This document shows, piece by piece, positions 8,587-17,500 of a DNA stretch of 30,340 nucleotides (its first letter is position 1; every line of letters begins with the position of its first letter). The translations under genes and the position numbers were made by a program. This DNA comes from Pyrobaculum sp. (GTDB lineage Archaea; Thermoproteota; Thermoprotei; Thermoproteales; Thermoproteaceae). The stretch lies in assembly GCA_046293555.1 (NCBI GenBank), contig JBKBOT010000001.1:13746-44085 (forward strand), in the 5' to 3' direction. Below the pieces are notes generated by a model. The model was given only the letters and a program-made list of their open reading frames with translations, made no database searches and had not been told where the DNA came from.

Positions 8587-9612
8587 ATGGAGAATCTACT
8601 GTTTATTATTACAAACATCCTCGGCGGTTTTTATCTCGCCGTTATTATTGGGGGAATAACCAAACGGGTGAGGAGGCCGGATTTGCCCGAAGCTGAGAAC
8701 TACCTAGTTGTAGTGGTTACTGTAGGCACCCCAAAGGTGCTGCCGGCACTTAGAGAGACGGTGACGCGGCTTGAGCAGCTTGGCCTACGTTATGTAGTGG
8801 TGTCTTCAAACGTCCTACCTTTTAGAAACGTCATCTTGGTGCCCAGAGAGGAAGATGGGAGTAAATACAGGGCAGTCTTATATTTTGTGAAGAGATACGT
8901 ACGGGAGGATACATGGTATATATTTCTCGACGATGATAGCTACCCGTTAGATAGGACATTTCTAAAAGATATCGCCTACTATAGCTCTCTGGGCTGTGTG
9001 GCGGGAAACGGCGTATTGGTACCACGACCTGGGAGGTCTAAGCTAGCCTACGCCCTAGATTGGGTCCGCTATTTTGACGACTTAACCCGTTTCCGTTTTG
9101 CCCTAGAGGTCTTAAGAAAGCCCATATTTGGGATACATGGCGAGTTGTTAATCGTCAGGGGGGACGTGTTGAAAGAGGTGTGGCCAGCCATGGGGGAGAG
9201 CGTCACTGAGGACTTCCGCCTCGCCATGGAGCTCCTAAAGAGAAAATACAAGACCTTCCAGTCCGCCACCAGGGTGTCTATAAAAAGCCCAAACTCGTTA
9301 GGCGATTTCATACGTCAGAGAGCCAGATGGGCTAACTCCCTAAGGGATATGGTCACATATAAAAACGCTTCAGCTCTTATGGCCACTACTGCCTCAATAG
9401 CCATGTGGGTTACGGCACCTCTCTGGCTGATATACGGAGTGAATCTAGCCATGTTGGTAACAATCTACTTCTTAGCAATATATACCTACAGCAGCATTAA
9501 GGCTGGGAGGTATGTAATAGACGTATTACTAATGTCGCTACTAGAGCCAATAGCCATGTCTATAGGACTGGCGAGACGCATGAGGCAGTTCTACGTAATT
9601 GACAAGACTTAA
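8587..9612 (+). CDS. Membrane-bound GT2 glycosyltransferase (D,D,D,QxxRW type; egghead-like)
   Basis: FLDDDS, TED and QRARW motifs; N-terminal and several C-terminal hydrophobic segments. Confidence 0.85.
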   Translation: MENLLFIITNILGGFYLAVIIGGITKRVRRPDLPEAENYLVVVVTVGTPKVLPALRETVTRLEQLGLRYVVVSSNVLPFRNVILVPREEDGSKYRAVLYFVKRYVREDTWYIFLDDDSYPLDRTFLKDIAYYSSLGCVAGNGVLVPRPGRSKLAYALDWVRYFDDLTRFRFALEVLRKPIFGIHGELLIVRGDVLKEVWPAMGESVTEDFRLAMELLKRKYKTFQSATRVSIKSPNSLGDFIRQRARWANSLRDMVTYKNASALMATTASIAMWVTAPLWLIYGVNLAMLVTIYFLAIYTYSSIKAGRYVIDVLLMSLLEPIAMSIGLARRMRQFYVIDKT

Positions 9613-9637
9613 ATATAGACATGTTTAAAATTGGCGA

Positions 9638-9745
9638 GCCGCCGTAGTCTAGCGGTTAGGATGGCGGGTTGTGGACCGCCAGGGGCAAAGTCCCGTTGAC
9701 CCGGGAGGGATAACCCCGGGAGTTCAAATCCCGGCGGCGGCCCCA
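9638..9745 (+). tRNA. tRNA-His(GTG) with two introns (37/38 and 53/54), CCA encoded
   Basis: GCCGCCG...GCGGG-TT-GTG-G[9675-9690]T-CCCGT-TGAC-CCGGG[9706-9722]TTCAAAT-CCCGG-CGGCGGC-C-CCA. Both introns form BHB motifs; C73 discriminator. Confidence 0.95.
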
Positions 9746-9778
9746 CCCAAACTTAAAAACATGTATCTAACCGCTCCC

Positions 9779-9985
9779 ATGCTTAAAGTAGAGAGCCGCG
9801 GCCCGTTGTTAAGACTTGTATACACCAAGGGCGAAAAAGAGGCCGTGGCCGTGGGCCCCGTGTCGGACTTCCCCACGTTGTTAGGCCTATTTGTGGCGCA
9901 GATGGCTAGAGAGGAGTTTGAAATCGACGATATATGCACAGCGTTGAGACAAGTGGCGGAAAAAAAGTTATTTCCTCCTAAGTAG
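9779..9985 (+). CDS. Small hypothetical protein (68 aa)
   Basis: ATG 9779 (MLKVESRGPLLRLVY...) with TTAAAA about 25 nt upstream. The upstream ORF-track extension overlaps the tRNA and is spurious. Confidence 0.6.
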   Translation: MLKVESRGPLLRLVYTKGEKEAVAVGPVSDFPTLLGLFVAQMAREEFEIDDICTALRQVAEKKLFPPK

Positions 9986-11749
9986 CGCCACTATTACGCC
10001 AACTATAAGCAACGCCAGTATGGCCACAGCCTCTATTGGAAACGTCTGTGGCTGCGGGACGGCTATGGGCGACGTGGCGGCTTCAGTTGGAACTGGAGTT
10101 GTCTCGACGGGTCTTGTTTCCACCTGTGGAGAGGTGGTAGTGGGTGTTTGTGGCGGAGGTGTGGTGACAGTAGGCGTGGCTATTTGCCCTATTTGCACCA
10201 CTTGAGGCCTGCCGCCGGGGGGAGTTATCTCAAGCGCCGTGGGCCCCCTGTATTGGAACCGGTAGATATAGACGGGCTGTTCCTCTAGATAAGACGCCAG
10301 CACCCTACTTCCGTTTATTGTCAAAAACGGTATCCCCACCTGGCTGTCGTCAGCCCTAATGTTGACAGTCACCACGTCGCCTGGCGTCGGGCTTCTAGGT
10401 AGGATACGTTCAATTTTTACAACTGGCGAGGGGTCGTAGCTGCCTAACACAAGCCATATGGGGGTTCCCGAAGTCCTGAAGACATATCTGTCGTATTTAC
10501 CCAAGGGGTGCCGTAATGTATTAACTAACTCCGCCGATCCCTGTAGGGCCTTAACCCCGTCGAGGTTGGGGGGTAGGTCTATCGAGATCTCTCCCTTTAT
10601 GAACTCGCTGTTTGTATATATCTGCGCCGCCTTGAAGCCCCACGTGATTACTGCAAAACTCTTATGTGTCCACACCTCCCTACCCACTTCCACCCTGCCG
10701 TCTGGATAGACGGCATAGGTCCTAAAGCCGTGGGAGGTGTCTATAGAGCCGCCGAGCGTCCTGCTGGTGACGAAATACGTGCCGTTTATCAACACCGTGG
10801 AGTTTCCACTGTGTACATGTCCAGACACCACAAGTGCCACTCCATACCTGATGGTCACGTCGAGAAATCTCTCGTATGTACGCCTATTTTGTAGATAGCT
10901 CGTGTAGACAAGGTAGTAACTCCTCCTGCCTGTCGGGTCTTGATTTAACCTATCTACATCCTGGGGGCCTCTATATATCTCCTCCATAAAGCCGTCCCTC
11001 ATGTAGAACGGCGGGTGGTGTACCAGCACTATCTTCACCTTGTCTGGATATCTCCGCAGCACGTTTTCGTAAAACTCCACCACGTCGTCAGTGAGAAATC
11101 CGTTAAAGCCGCTGCTTAGCCCCACCAGTAGGTAGGGCCCCACCACTCTATACCAGAGGGGAGGCCCCACAAACCTCCTGTAGTTTGCCAAAGCCTCGTC
11201 GCCGGCGTACTCGTGGTTGCCAGGGATGACAAATGTGGGCTTTGTGATCAACGTGGCGTATTTTACAAACAGCTGGTAGTGCCAGATCTGGCCGCCTACG
11301 TCCACCTGGTCTCCAGTAAATAGGACCACGTCGTAGGGGCCCGAGCTGGCGACTAGCACCGCATGTATCAGCCTATATACAGAGGCCATGTCTAGCTCTA
11401 CGCCCATGTGGGCATCTGTGAGCTGAATTATTTTGAGGGGCCTACTTATGTTGCCAACCCAGACGGCCTTGGGCTCGTAGAGCTCTCCATTTACCACAAG
11501 GTCGTAAAGCCCCGGCTTTACGCCAGTTGGCACCTTTGCACGTATGGTGGCGCCATCTGTCACATATTCTAGAGATATGGGGGCGACGCCCGGCGCGGTT
11601 AACGACACAGACTTTACCGCAGTTGGCTCGCTAAGCGTTATGTTAAACCAGCCGCCTGGCTCGACATATGTGGGAACTGCCCAACGTGGGTCAACAATAG
11701 AGGGAAAAACAAGTGCGGCTAATAGAAAAAAGAGGAGTAAACCCCTCAT
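9968..11749 (-). CDS. Secreted, C-terminally anchored calcineurin-like metallophosphoesterase
   Basis: Signal peptide; DAH, GDQVD, GNHE, HH and GHVH motifs; Thr/Pro-rich linker; C-terminal TM helix followed by RRK. Confidence 0.88.
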   Translation of the reverse strand: MRGLLLFFLLAALVFPSIVDPRWAVPTYVEPGGWFNITLSEPTAVKSVSLTAPGVAPISLEYVTDGATIRAKVPTGVKPGLYDLVVNGELYEPKAVWVGNISRPLKIIQLTDAHMGVELDMASVYRLIHAVLVASSGPYDVVLFTGDQVDVGGQIWHYQLFVKYATLITKPTFVIPGNHEYAGDEALANYRRFVGPPLWYRVVGPYLLVGLSSGFNGFLTDDVVEFYENVLRRYPDKVKIVLVHHPPFYMRDGFMEEIYRGPQDVDRLNQDPTGRRSYYLVYTSYLQNRRTYERFLDVTIRYGVALVVSGHVHSGNSTVLINGTYFVTSRTLGGSIDTSHGFRTYAVYPDGRVEVGREVWTHKSFAVITWGFKAAQIYTNSEFIKGEISIDLPPNLDGVKALQGSAELVNTLRHPLGKYDRYVFRTSGTPIWLVLGSYDPSPVVKIERILPRSPTPGDVVTVNIRADDSQVGIPFLTINGSRVLASYLEEQPVYIYRFQYRGPTALEITPPGGRPQVVQIGQIATPTVTTPPPQTPTTTSPQVETRPVETTPVPTEAATSPIAVPQPQTFPIEAVAILALLIVGVIVALLRRK

Positions 11750-13032
11750 TTCTTTCTAGTGGCGAGCACAATAGCCACAATGGCTAGAACTAACGCGGCG
11801 AGCGACCCCACAAAGGCCATAGTTCTGGCGTTGTTGGCCTCCGTGGTTGCGGCATTTAGCAGCCTAGATAGCTCATCGATCTTCCTGTTTGCAGAGTCTA
11901 GCTGGGCTGTAAGCTGGTCGATCTTTGCCTGCAGGGCGTTTACCTCCTTTCTTAACGCCTCTGTGACAGCCTTCTCTACTTGGCCCACCTGTTCGCCTAG
12001 CTTTGCCAGCTCTTTTTGTGTAGATTCCGTCGATGCGGTTAGCTGTATGATAGTGGCCAGCTCGCGATAGTTGCCAGTAGCCCATAGCAACACGTTACGT
12101 AGAAATCTCGGCCCGTCTAGCTGCACGCCGTAATACATCGGGGCGACTCCGGGCTCGTAGCCGCCATATGGCGTCTCGCCGGATATGATAAACACGCTGC
12201 CGCCTGGCATAAACTCCAGCGCCATGAGGGCAAAAACCCCCTGGTCGCCGGCCTTATGTGCCTTCCCGTCTCTCCCCTTGCCGTCTGCAGAAGTTCTATG
12301 TTCCACAATGACGCCATTTTCGGTAGTCTTCGCAACTACGTGGATGTTGTTATAATGCCTACCCACCTCGGGCGAGGTGGCTGGAACCCACCTGCCGTCT
12401 GGCAGCACTACAGCCACGGCGCCGGGGCCGTGGAAGAGCACCCTACTTGCCATAAAGCCCAAGAAGGAGAGAGAAGGCGGCGGCGACACCACGCCGACTA
12501 CTCGATAGCCAGCCTTGGCGTTGTGTTTTGGATCCTCCACAGAGACGTAATCCACCCGTAGGCGGGAGCCGAGATATTCGGCAATGTCGTTACACGCCAC
12601 TTGTGACTCCTCAGAGCCCTGGGCTGGGTAGTCAGAATCTGCGGCACACCACAAGACCTTCCCGCCTGCGTCAAACCACTTCTTCAACGCGGCGAGCTCT
12701 GCCTCTGTAAGCGGCTTTGGGGGCTGGCCTAACACAACCACCTTATATTTCGCCAGATCTACAGTAGACAGATCGCCGTATATAAATACGGCAAGTCTGG
12801 AGGCGTTCAGCCTACTTAACACCGGGTCTAGCCGTGCCCCGGGCGAGACTAGTATATGTAGCTCCGCAAAGTCGACAACCGCCAGCGGGTTGGCAGTCCT
12901 ATTGACCCAAAAGTCAAGCCCCTTCGTGATTTCGCCGTGTGACACGTCGACAAGCACCGGCACCGCAAGTTGTTGAGCCAGTACAAAAAATGCGGCTAAC
13001 AACAAGACTGGGGGTATTAACAGCCTGCCCAT
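11746..13032 (-). CDS. Surface-anchored protein (GldG/DUF4350-like domain, coiled-coil stalk, C-terminal TM)
   Basis: Signal peptide, VLVDVSHGE, LTEAELAALKKWFDAGG, heptad-rich stalk and TM+RKK. ATGA overlap with the phosphoesterase gene. Confidence 0.6.
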   Translation of the reverse strand: MGRLLIPPVLLLAAFFVLAQQLAVPVLVDVSHGEITKGLDFWVNRTANPLAVVDFAELHILVSPGARLDPVLSRLNASRLAVFIYGDLSTVDLAKYKVVVLGQPPKPLTEAELAALKKWFDAGGKVLWCAADSDYPAQGSEESQVACNDIAEYLGSRLRVDYVSVEDPKHNAKAGYRVVGVVSPPPSLSFLGFMASRVLFHGPGAVAVVLPDGRWVPATSPEVGRHYNNIHVVAKTTENGVIVEHRTSADGKGRDGKAHKAGDQGVFALMALEFMPGGSVFIISGETPYGGYEPGVAPMYYGVQLDGPRFLRNVLLWATGNYRELATIIQLTASTESTQKELAKLGEQVGQVEKAVTEALRKEVNALQAKIDQLTAQLDSANRKIDELSRLLNAATTEANNARTMAFVGSLAALVLAIVAIVLATRKK

Positions 13033-13116
13033 ATGCCACGCGACGAGGTGGCTTAAAAAAGATTTTTCGTATGAAACATATGCAAAATATTTTTTAGTAT
13101 ATACACATCTGTTATC

Positions 13117-14598
13117 ATGAAAAAACTAGCCTTTTTGGCGATAGCCATCGCCGCGCTGTTAGCAGCTATTATCTACCTACAGAGCCCAGCCCCTCCCACA
13201 GAGACGCCGCCCGAGACGTCGCCCACGCCCACACAGGCCACCCCCATCACAACAGTCCCACCGTCCCCCACGGCCCCCGTCACTACGCCCACGCCGCAGC
13301 CTCAGCAGTGTTCCCAACTAGAGGTCTTAACTAGACATCCCACAGACATCTTAGATGCCACCAGGTCGTTATTTCTAAAAAGCGAAGTCGCCAGGAGGTA
13401 CGGCATTAAAGACGTGAAGTTTAGACCTGTGCCAGCTGCACAGTGGATACAGATAATTAAAGCTGGCGGCGCAGATGTGGCGTGGGGGGGAGGCCCCACA
13501 ACATTTGACACACTTTACAAAGAGGGCCTCTTGTCCCCACTGGAGGGAAGTGAGGTCAAGACAGCTCTAGCACAGATACCACATGCCATAGGCGGTATGC
13601 CCATGGTGAGAACTGGCCCAGATGGGAAGGTCTACTGGGTCGCGTGGGCTATCTCTAGTTTTGGCCTCACGATAAATGCCAAGGTCCTCCAGTTGTTAAA
13701 ACTCCCCGAGCCAAAAGACTGGGTTGATTTGACCACTTTTGACTACGGCAGAGCTGTGCTGGCCGGCTACCCGGCCGTGGGGCTGGCCCAGCTAACTAGG
13801 TCGACTAGCACCACGAGAATGGCTGAGATCGTGTTACAGGCATACGGCTGGGGGGAGGGGTGGCGTGTGATAAAGCTAACTGCCGCCAACGGCAAGATCT
13901 ACGCCGGGAGTGAGCCGGTGAGAGATGACGTAATTGCGGGAGGGATCGGCGTGGGGTGGACTATAGACTTCTACGGCTATACAGCCCAGCTGCAAAACCC
14001 AGACGCTAAATACATATTGCCTCGACTTACTTTAATCAACGGGGACCCCATAGCGGTGGTGGCTAACACGAGGTGTAGAGAGGCGGCCGAGGCCTTTGTG
14101 GCCTGGGTGTTGACAGAGGGGCAGGTGGTTGTATTTGACCCGAAGATCAACAGGATGCCTATAAACCCAAACGTCTTTAACACGCCAGAGGGGCAGAGGA
14201 GGCAAGACCTCAAGGCGTTTTACAGCCAGCTGCGGGAGCTTAGAGGTATAGAGTTCAACGAGTCTCTAGCCCTCGCGGTGGAGTACGTAGTTATGTACTA
14301 CTTTGACGCCGCCGTGACTGACAACCACGACGTGCTTCAGAGGGTGTGGGGCAAGATAGTGAAGGCTTATCTAGACGGCAAGATAGATAGAAATACGGCA
14401 GAGGCGTTGGCAAGAGAGCTGGCCAAGCCTGTCACATTTATCGACCCGGAGAGCGGGAAGCCCGTAACGCTTACGTTAGAATACGCCATCTCTATTAACG
14501 AGAGAGTAGCTAAAGACCCCACCTATCGCGACAAGATATACGCCGCGTGGCGTGAGGCGGCGAGAAGGCAGTACCTAGAGGTGGAGAAGAAAGTTTAG
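13117..14598 (+). CDS. ABC transporter substrate-binding protein (Fe3+/thiamine/sugar-phosphate class)
   Basis: N-terminal anchor, Pro/Thr linker, ADVAWGGG, PKDWVDL, DPIAVV and AAEAFVAWVLT. Confidence 0.85.
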   Translation: MKKLAFLAIAIAALLAAIIYLQSPAPPTETPPETSPTPTQATPITTVPPSPTAPVTTPTPQPQQCSQLEVLTRHPTDILDATRSLFLKSEVARRYGIKDVKFRPVPAAQWIQIIKAGGADVAWGGGPTTFDTLYKEGLLSPLEGSEVKTALAQIPHAIGGMPMVRTGPDGKVYWVAWAISSFGLTINAKVLQLLKLPEPKDWVDLTTFDYGRAVLAGYPAVGLAQLTRSTSTTRMAEIVLQAYGWGEGWRVIKLTAANGKIYAGSEPVRDDVIAGGIGVGWTIDFYGYTAQLQNPDAKYILPRLTLINGDPIAVVANTRCREAAEAFVAWVLTEGQVVVFDPKINRMPINPNVFNTPEGQRRQDLKAFYSQLRELRGIEFNESLALAVEYVVMYYFDAAVTDNHDVLQRVWGKIVKAYLDGKIDRNTAEALARELAKPVTFIDPESGKPVTLTLEYAISINERVAKDPTYRDKIYAAWREAARRQYLEVEKKV

Positions 14599-16391
14599 AG
14601 TATAAACCCGTACCTCGTTTTTAACACCCTCGTAGTTAGCATAATTGCCGTAATCTGTATTGCCACAAGCAGTAAGCCCAGCGTGGCTGCCTCCTGCACG
14701 CCGTAGACGCCGCTTTCAAACCGTTCTTTCATAAAGGCCGTGATGGGCATGGCGGTGTCTGCCCCCACGCCTTTTAGCGTCCCGAGAGTTATGCTGAGAG
14801 AGACCTCGCTCGTGATGTATACAAAGCCTATTAACGCCCCGCTGAGTATATTTGTTGTCAGAAGGGGGATAAGTATCCTCCGCGCCACTCCCGCATAGCT
14901 ATCGCCGAGATTCATAGCCACCTCCTCCATAGATCTGTGAATTTGCAGCAAGCCGGCATATATGCTTCTAACTACAAAAGGCAGCTTTCTGACGGCATAG
15001 CCGACGATAAGATATAGCTCTGGGTGCCTCAAGGGGTTTAGCCACTCTCCCAACGGGGTGTCTCTAAGCGCGGTGGAAAGCTGTAGGGAGGTGAGGAAGT
15101 AGGCGTATGCCACCACCAGCCCAGGTATGGCTATGGGCATTGTGGCTAAGGCATCTAGGGCATCTGCGCGGGTGCCTTTAGACCTACTTGCGGCGACTGC
15201 AATTAGAAAGCCTACTGCCACCATAATCGCCGTGGCGGAAATGCCGTAGTACATAGTGTTAACAATGCCGCGTCTAAACGCCTCGTTTTCTACAATCCAC
15301 CCCATATGCAGCACGAAGTTCTCAAGCGTTAAGGACTCCGGCAGCGGCGAGGTTGTCCACCTCTCCGCAAATACGAGGGTGATGGCGCCCATAAGCGGCG
15401 ACGTGGCGATAATTACCAACGGGAAGGAGGCCGCTATCATTGCCTTCCCCATGAGGCCAGGTCTGTAGGCCTTTGGCCTAAGCTGGCGGATCAACATGGC
15501 GTATTGCCTAAGGCTCACGTATTTACGTACAGCCAAAAAGGCCGAAATAGAGATGGAGAGCAGTATTAACGCCAGGAAGGCGGCGACGGGGCTCACCTGC
15601 CCCCTTACCTGGTCCAAAAAGTTGCTGTATACCTGGTAGGCCAGCAGCTTTCTTGCGGCTGGGTCGTCTTGGAAGATTATGGGCGCAGCCACGTCGTCTA
15701 TAGAGAAGATAAACACGAGCACAAAGGCGGCGGCGAGGCCGGGGGTGGCTAGTGGCAACACCACGTCTCTTACTGCCCTCTTCTCGTCTGCGCCAAGGTT
15801 GTTTGCCACCTCCTCTAACGTGGGGTCTACCCTAGTTAACGCCGCGTAGATATTTAGGTAGGCTATGGGTAGGAACATAAGCGACTGGACGATGGCCACG
15901 GCGGCCAGGCCGGAGATCTCCACCCTAAGGGGCAGATGTAACGCCTCTAGGAGCCAGTTTAAAGTCCCCCACCTGGGGTCGAGAAACTTCCTAATTACAT
16001 ACGCCGTGGCGAAAGGCATTACGATTAGCGGCAATGTGGCCAAAATGCCTAATAACGTCCGGCCGGGGAAGACATATTTAGCTAAGACATACGCCAGGAT
16101 GAAGCCCAGTGTCGTGTCTATAAGGGCAACCAGCGACGCCACCCAAAGGCTGTTTAACACCACGCCGAGGTCTGGCCCACGTATTACCAACACCGGGGGC
16201 TCCACCTCTCTTATAAAGACGGCGTTTCTAAAGGCCTCCGGCGTGGGGTTTATGTAGAAGGGGTCTGTCACCAGGGTGTATACCTCCCCGATACCTGCCA
16301 ACACCTGCCAGAAGACTACAGAAAGTGGAAACACCAGGAGGAGCCCTAGAAATATGTATCCCAATAATGTAGATAGCTTGATAAACATCAT
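14595..16391 (-). CDS. ABC transporter permease (fused double domain, FbpB/ThiP-like)
   Basis: Two EAA loops (LEEVANNLGA and MEEVAMNLGD) and many TM segments. Confidence 0.9.
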   Translation of the reverse strand: MMFIKLSTLLGYIFLGLLLVFPLSVVFWQVLAGIGEVYTLVTDPFYINPTPEAFRNAVFIREVEPPVLVIRGPDLGVVLNSLWVASLVALIDTTLGFILAYVLAKYVFPGRTLLGILATLPLIVMPFATAYVIRKFLDPRWGTLNWLLEALHLPLRVEISGLAAVAIVQSLMFLPIAYLNIYAALTRVDPTLEEVANNLGADEKRAVRDVVLPLATPGLAAAFVLVFIFSIDDVAAPIIFQDDPAARKLLAYQVYSNFLDQVRGQVSPVAAFLALILLSISISAFLAVRKYVSLRQYAMLIRQLRPKAYRPGLMGKAMIAASFPLVIIATSPLMGAITLVFAERWTTSPLPESLTLENFVLHMGWIVENEAFRRGIVNTMYYGISATAIMVAVGFLIAVAASRSKGTRADALDALATMPIAIPGLVVAYAYFLTSLQLSTALRDTPLGEWLNPLRHPELYLIVGYAVRKLPFVVRSIYAGLLQIHRSMEEVAMNLGDSYAGVARRILIPLLTTNILSGALIGFVYITSEVSLSITLGTLKGVGADTAMPITAFMKERFESGVYGVQEAATLGLLLVAIQITAIMLTTRVLKTRYGFIL

Positions 16392-17416
16392 CTATACGCC
16401 CTAGCTTTTAGAATCTCCACATATGTCTCCTCGCCCCTCACGACTGGGGGCTTGGGGCCCTCGGCCTTGATCTTATGGTCTCCACATCTCAACGTGGTTT
16501 GGTAAAACCTGCCGAGAAGCGTCACCTCTTCTACAACACACCTCACCTTGCCGCCGCCTACATAGACGTCTTCCAGCCTAGCCACCACGTTTACCACCTC
16601 GCCCGGGTTAACTCTATGCGGGGCCTCCGCCTCAACTAAAAACCCCACGTCTACAACCACCACCTCGCCCCTACTCTCCACCACACTTCCCCTCAACACG
16701 TTAGACCTCCCGAGGAAGGTGGCCACAAATAGGTCTTGGGGCTTGTGATATATCTCCTCAGGTGTGCCCACTTGTACAACCCTGCCGGCGTTCATCACGG
16801 CTATGCGGTCTGCCACAGCCATGGCCTCCTCCTGGTCGTGAGTGACGTATAGAGTCGTTATGGAGAGCTTTTTCGCAATTTTACGTATCTCTTCTCTAAG
16901 TTCTACCCGCAGCTGGGCGTCTAGATTGGCGAGAGGCTCGTCAAGTAGCAAAACCTGTGGCTCCACCACTAGCGCCCTCGCCAGCGCCACCCTCTGTTGC
17001 TGTCCGCCGGAGAGCTGGTAGGGCCTCCTCCCCTCTAGCCCCGACAGGCCCACTAGTTCTAACACCACCCCCACCCTCCGCCTTATCTCTCCATCTGGCA
17101 TCTTTCTGAGCTTTAGGCCGTAGGCCACGTTCTCAAATACGGTCATATGTGGCCACAAGGCCCACGTCTGTGGCACCACTGCGGTATTTCTCTGTTGGGT
17201 AGGCAGCCTTGTGACGTCACGCCCGTCGAAATATATACGGCCGGAGGTGGGCTCCTCGAGGCCGGCCACCAGTCTGAGCAGTGTGGTTTTCCCACAGCCC
17301 GAGGGCCCCAGCCCGGCTAGGATTTCGCCGTCGCCAATTGTGAGATCTATGTCGTCTAGAGCCACAACCCCGCTGTCGTAAACCTTCCGCAATTTCTCAA
17401 TTTTGACGACAGTCAC
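16388..17416 (-). CDS. ABC transporter ATP-binding protein (PotA/FbpC-like, C-terminal TOBE)
   Basis: GPSGCGKT, LSGGQQQR, LLLDEP and VTHDQEEA. Confidence 0.93.
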   Translation of the reverse strand: MTVVKIEKLRKVYDSGVVALDDIDLTIGDGEILAGLGPSGCGKTTLLRLVAGLEEPTSGRIYFDGRDVTRLPTQQRNTAVVPQTWALWPHMTVFENVAYGLKLRKMPDGEIRRRVGVVLELVGLSGLEGRRPYQLSGGQQQRVALARALVVEPQVLLLDEPLANLDAQLRVELREEIRKIAKKLSITTLYVTHDQEEAMAVADRIAVMNAGRVVQVGTPEEIYHKPQDLFVATFLGRSNVLRGSVVESRGEVVVVDVGFLVEAEAPHRVNPGEVVNVVARLEDVYVGGGKVRCVVEEVTLLGRFYQTTLRCGDHKIKAEGPKPPVVRGEETYVEILKARAYR

Positions 17417-17500
17417 GAGATTGGACGCTGATATATATTTATACTTAGTTCATATTCAACGCGGAGATTAAGAAATTTATATACACCCCATATGTTAGCT

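Noticed and set aside
9671-9778. N-terminal part of ORF 9671-9985 and antisense ORF 9724-9939
   Set aside because: They overlap tRNA-His; only 9779-9985 is plausible.
10060-13300. Thr/Pro-rich low-complexity tracts (about 10060-10180 and 13185-13300) as DNA repeats
   Set aside because: Ordinary linkers of surface proteins with no nucleotide-level periodicity.
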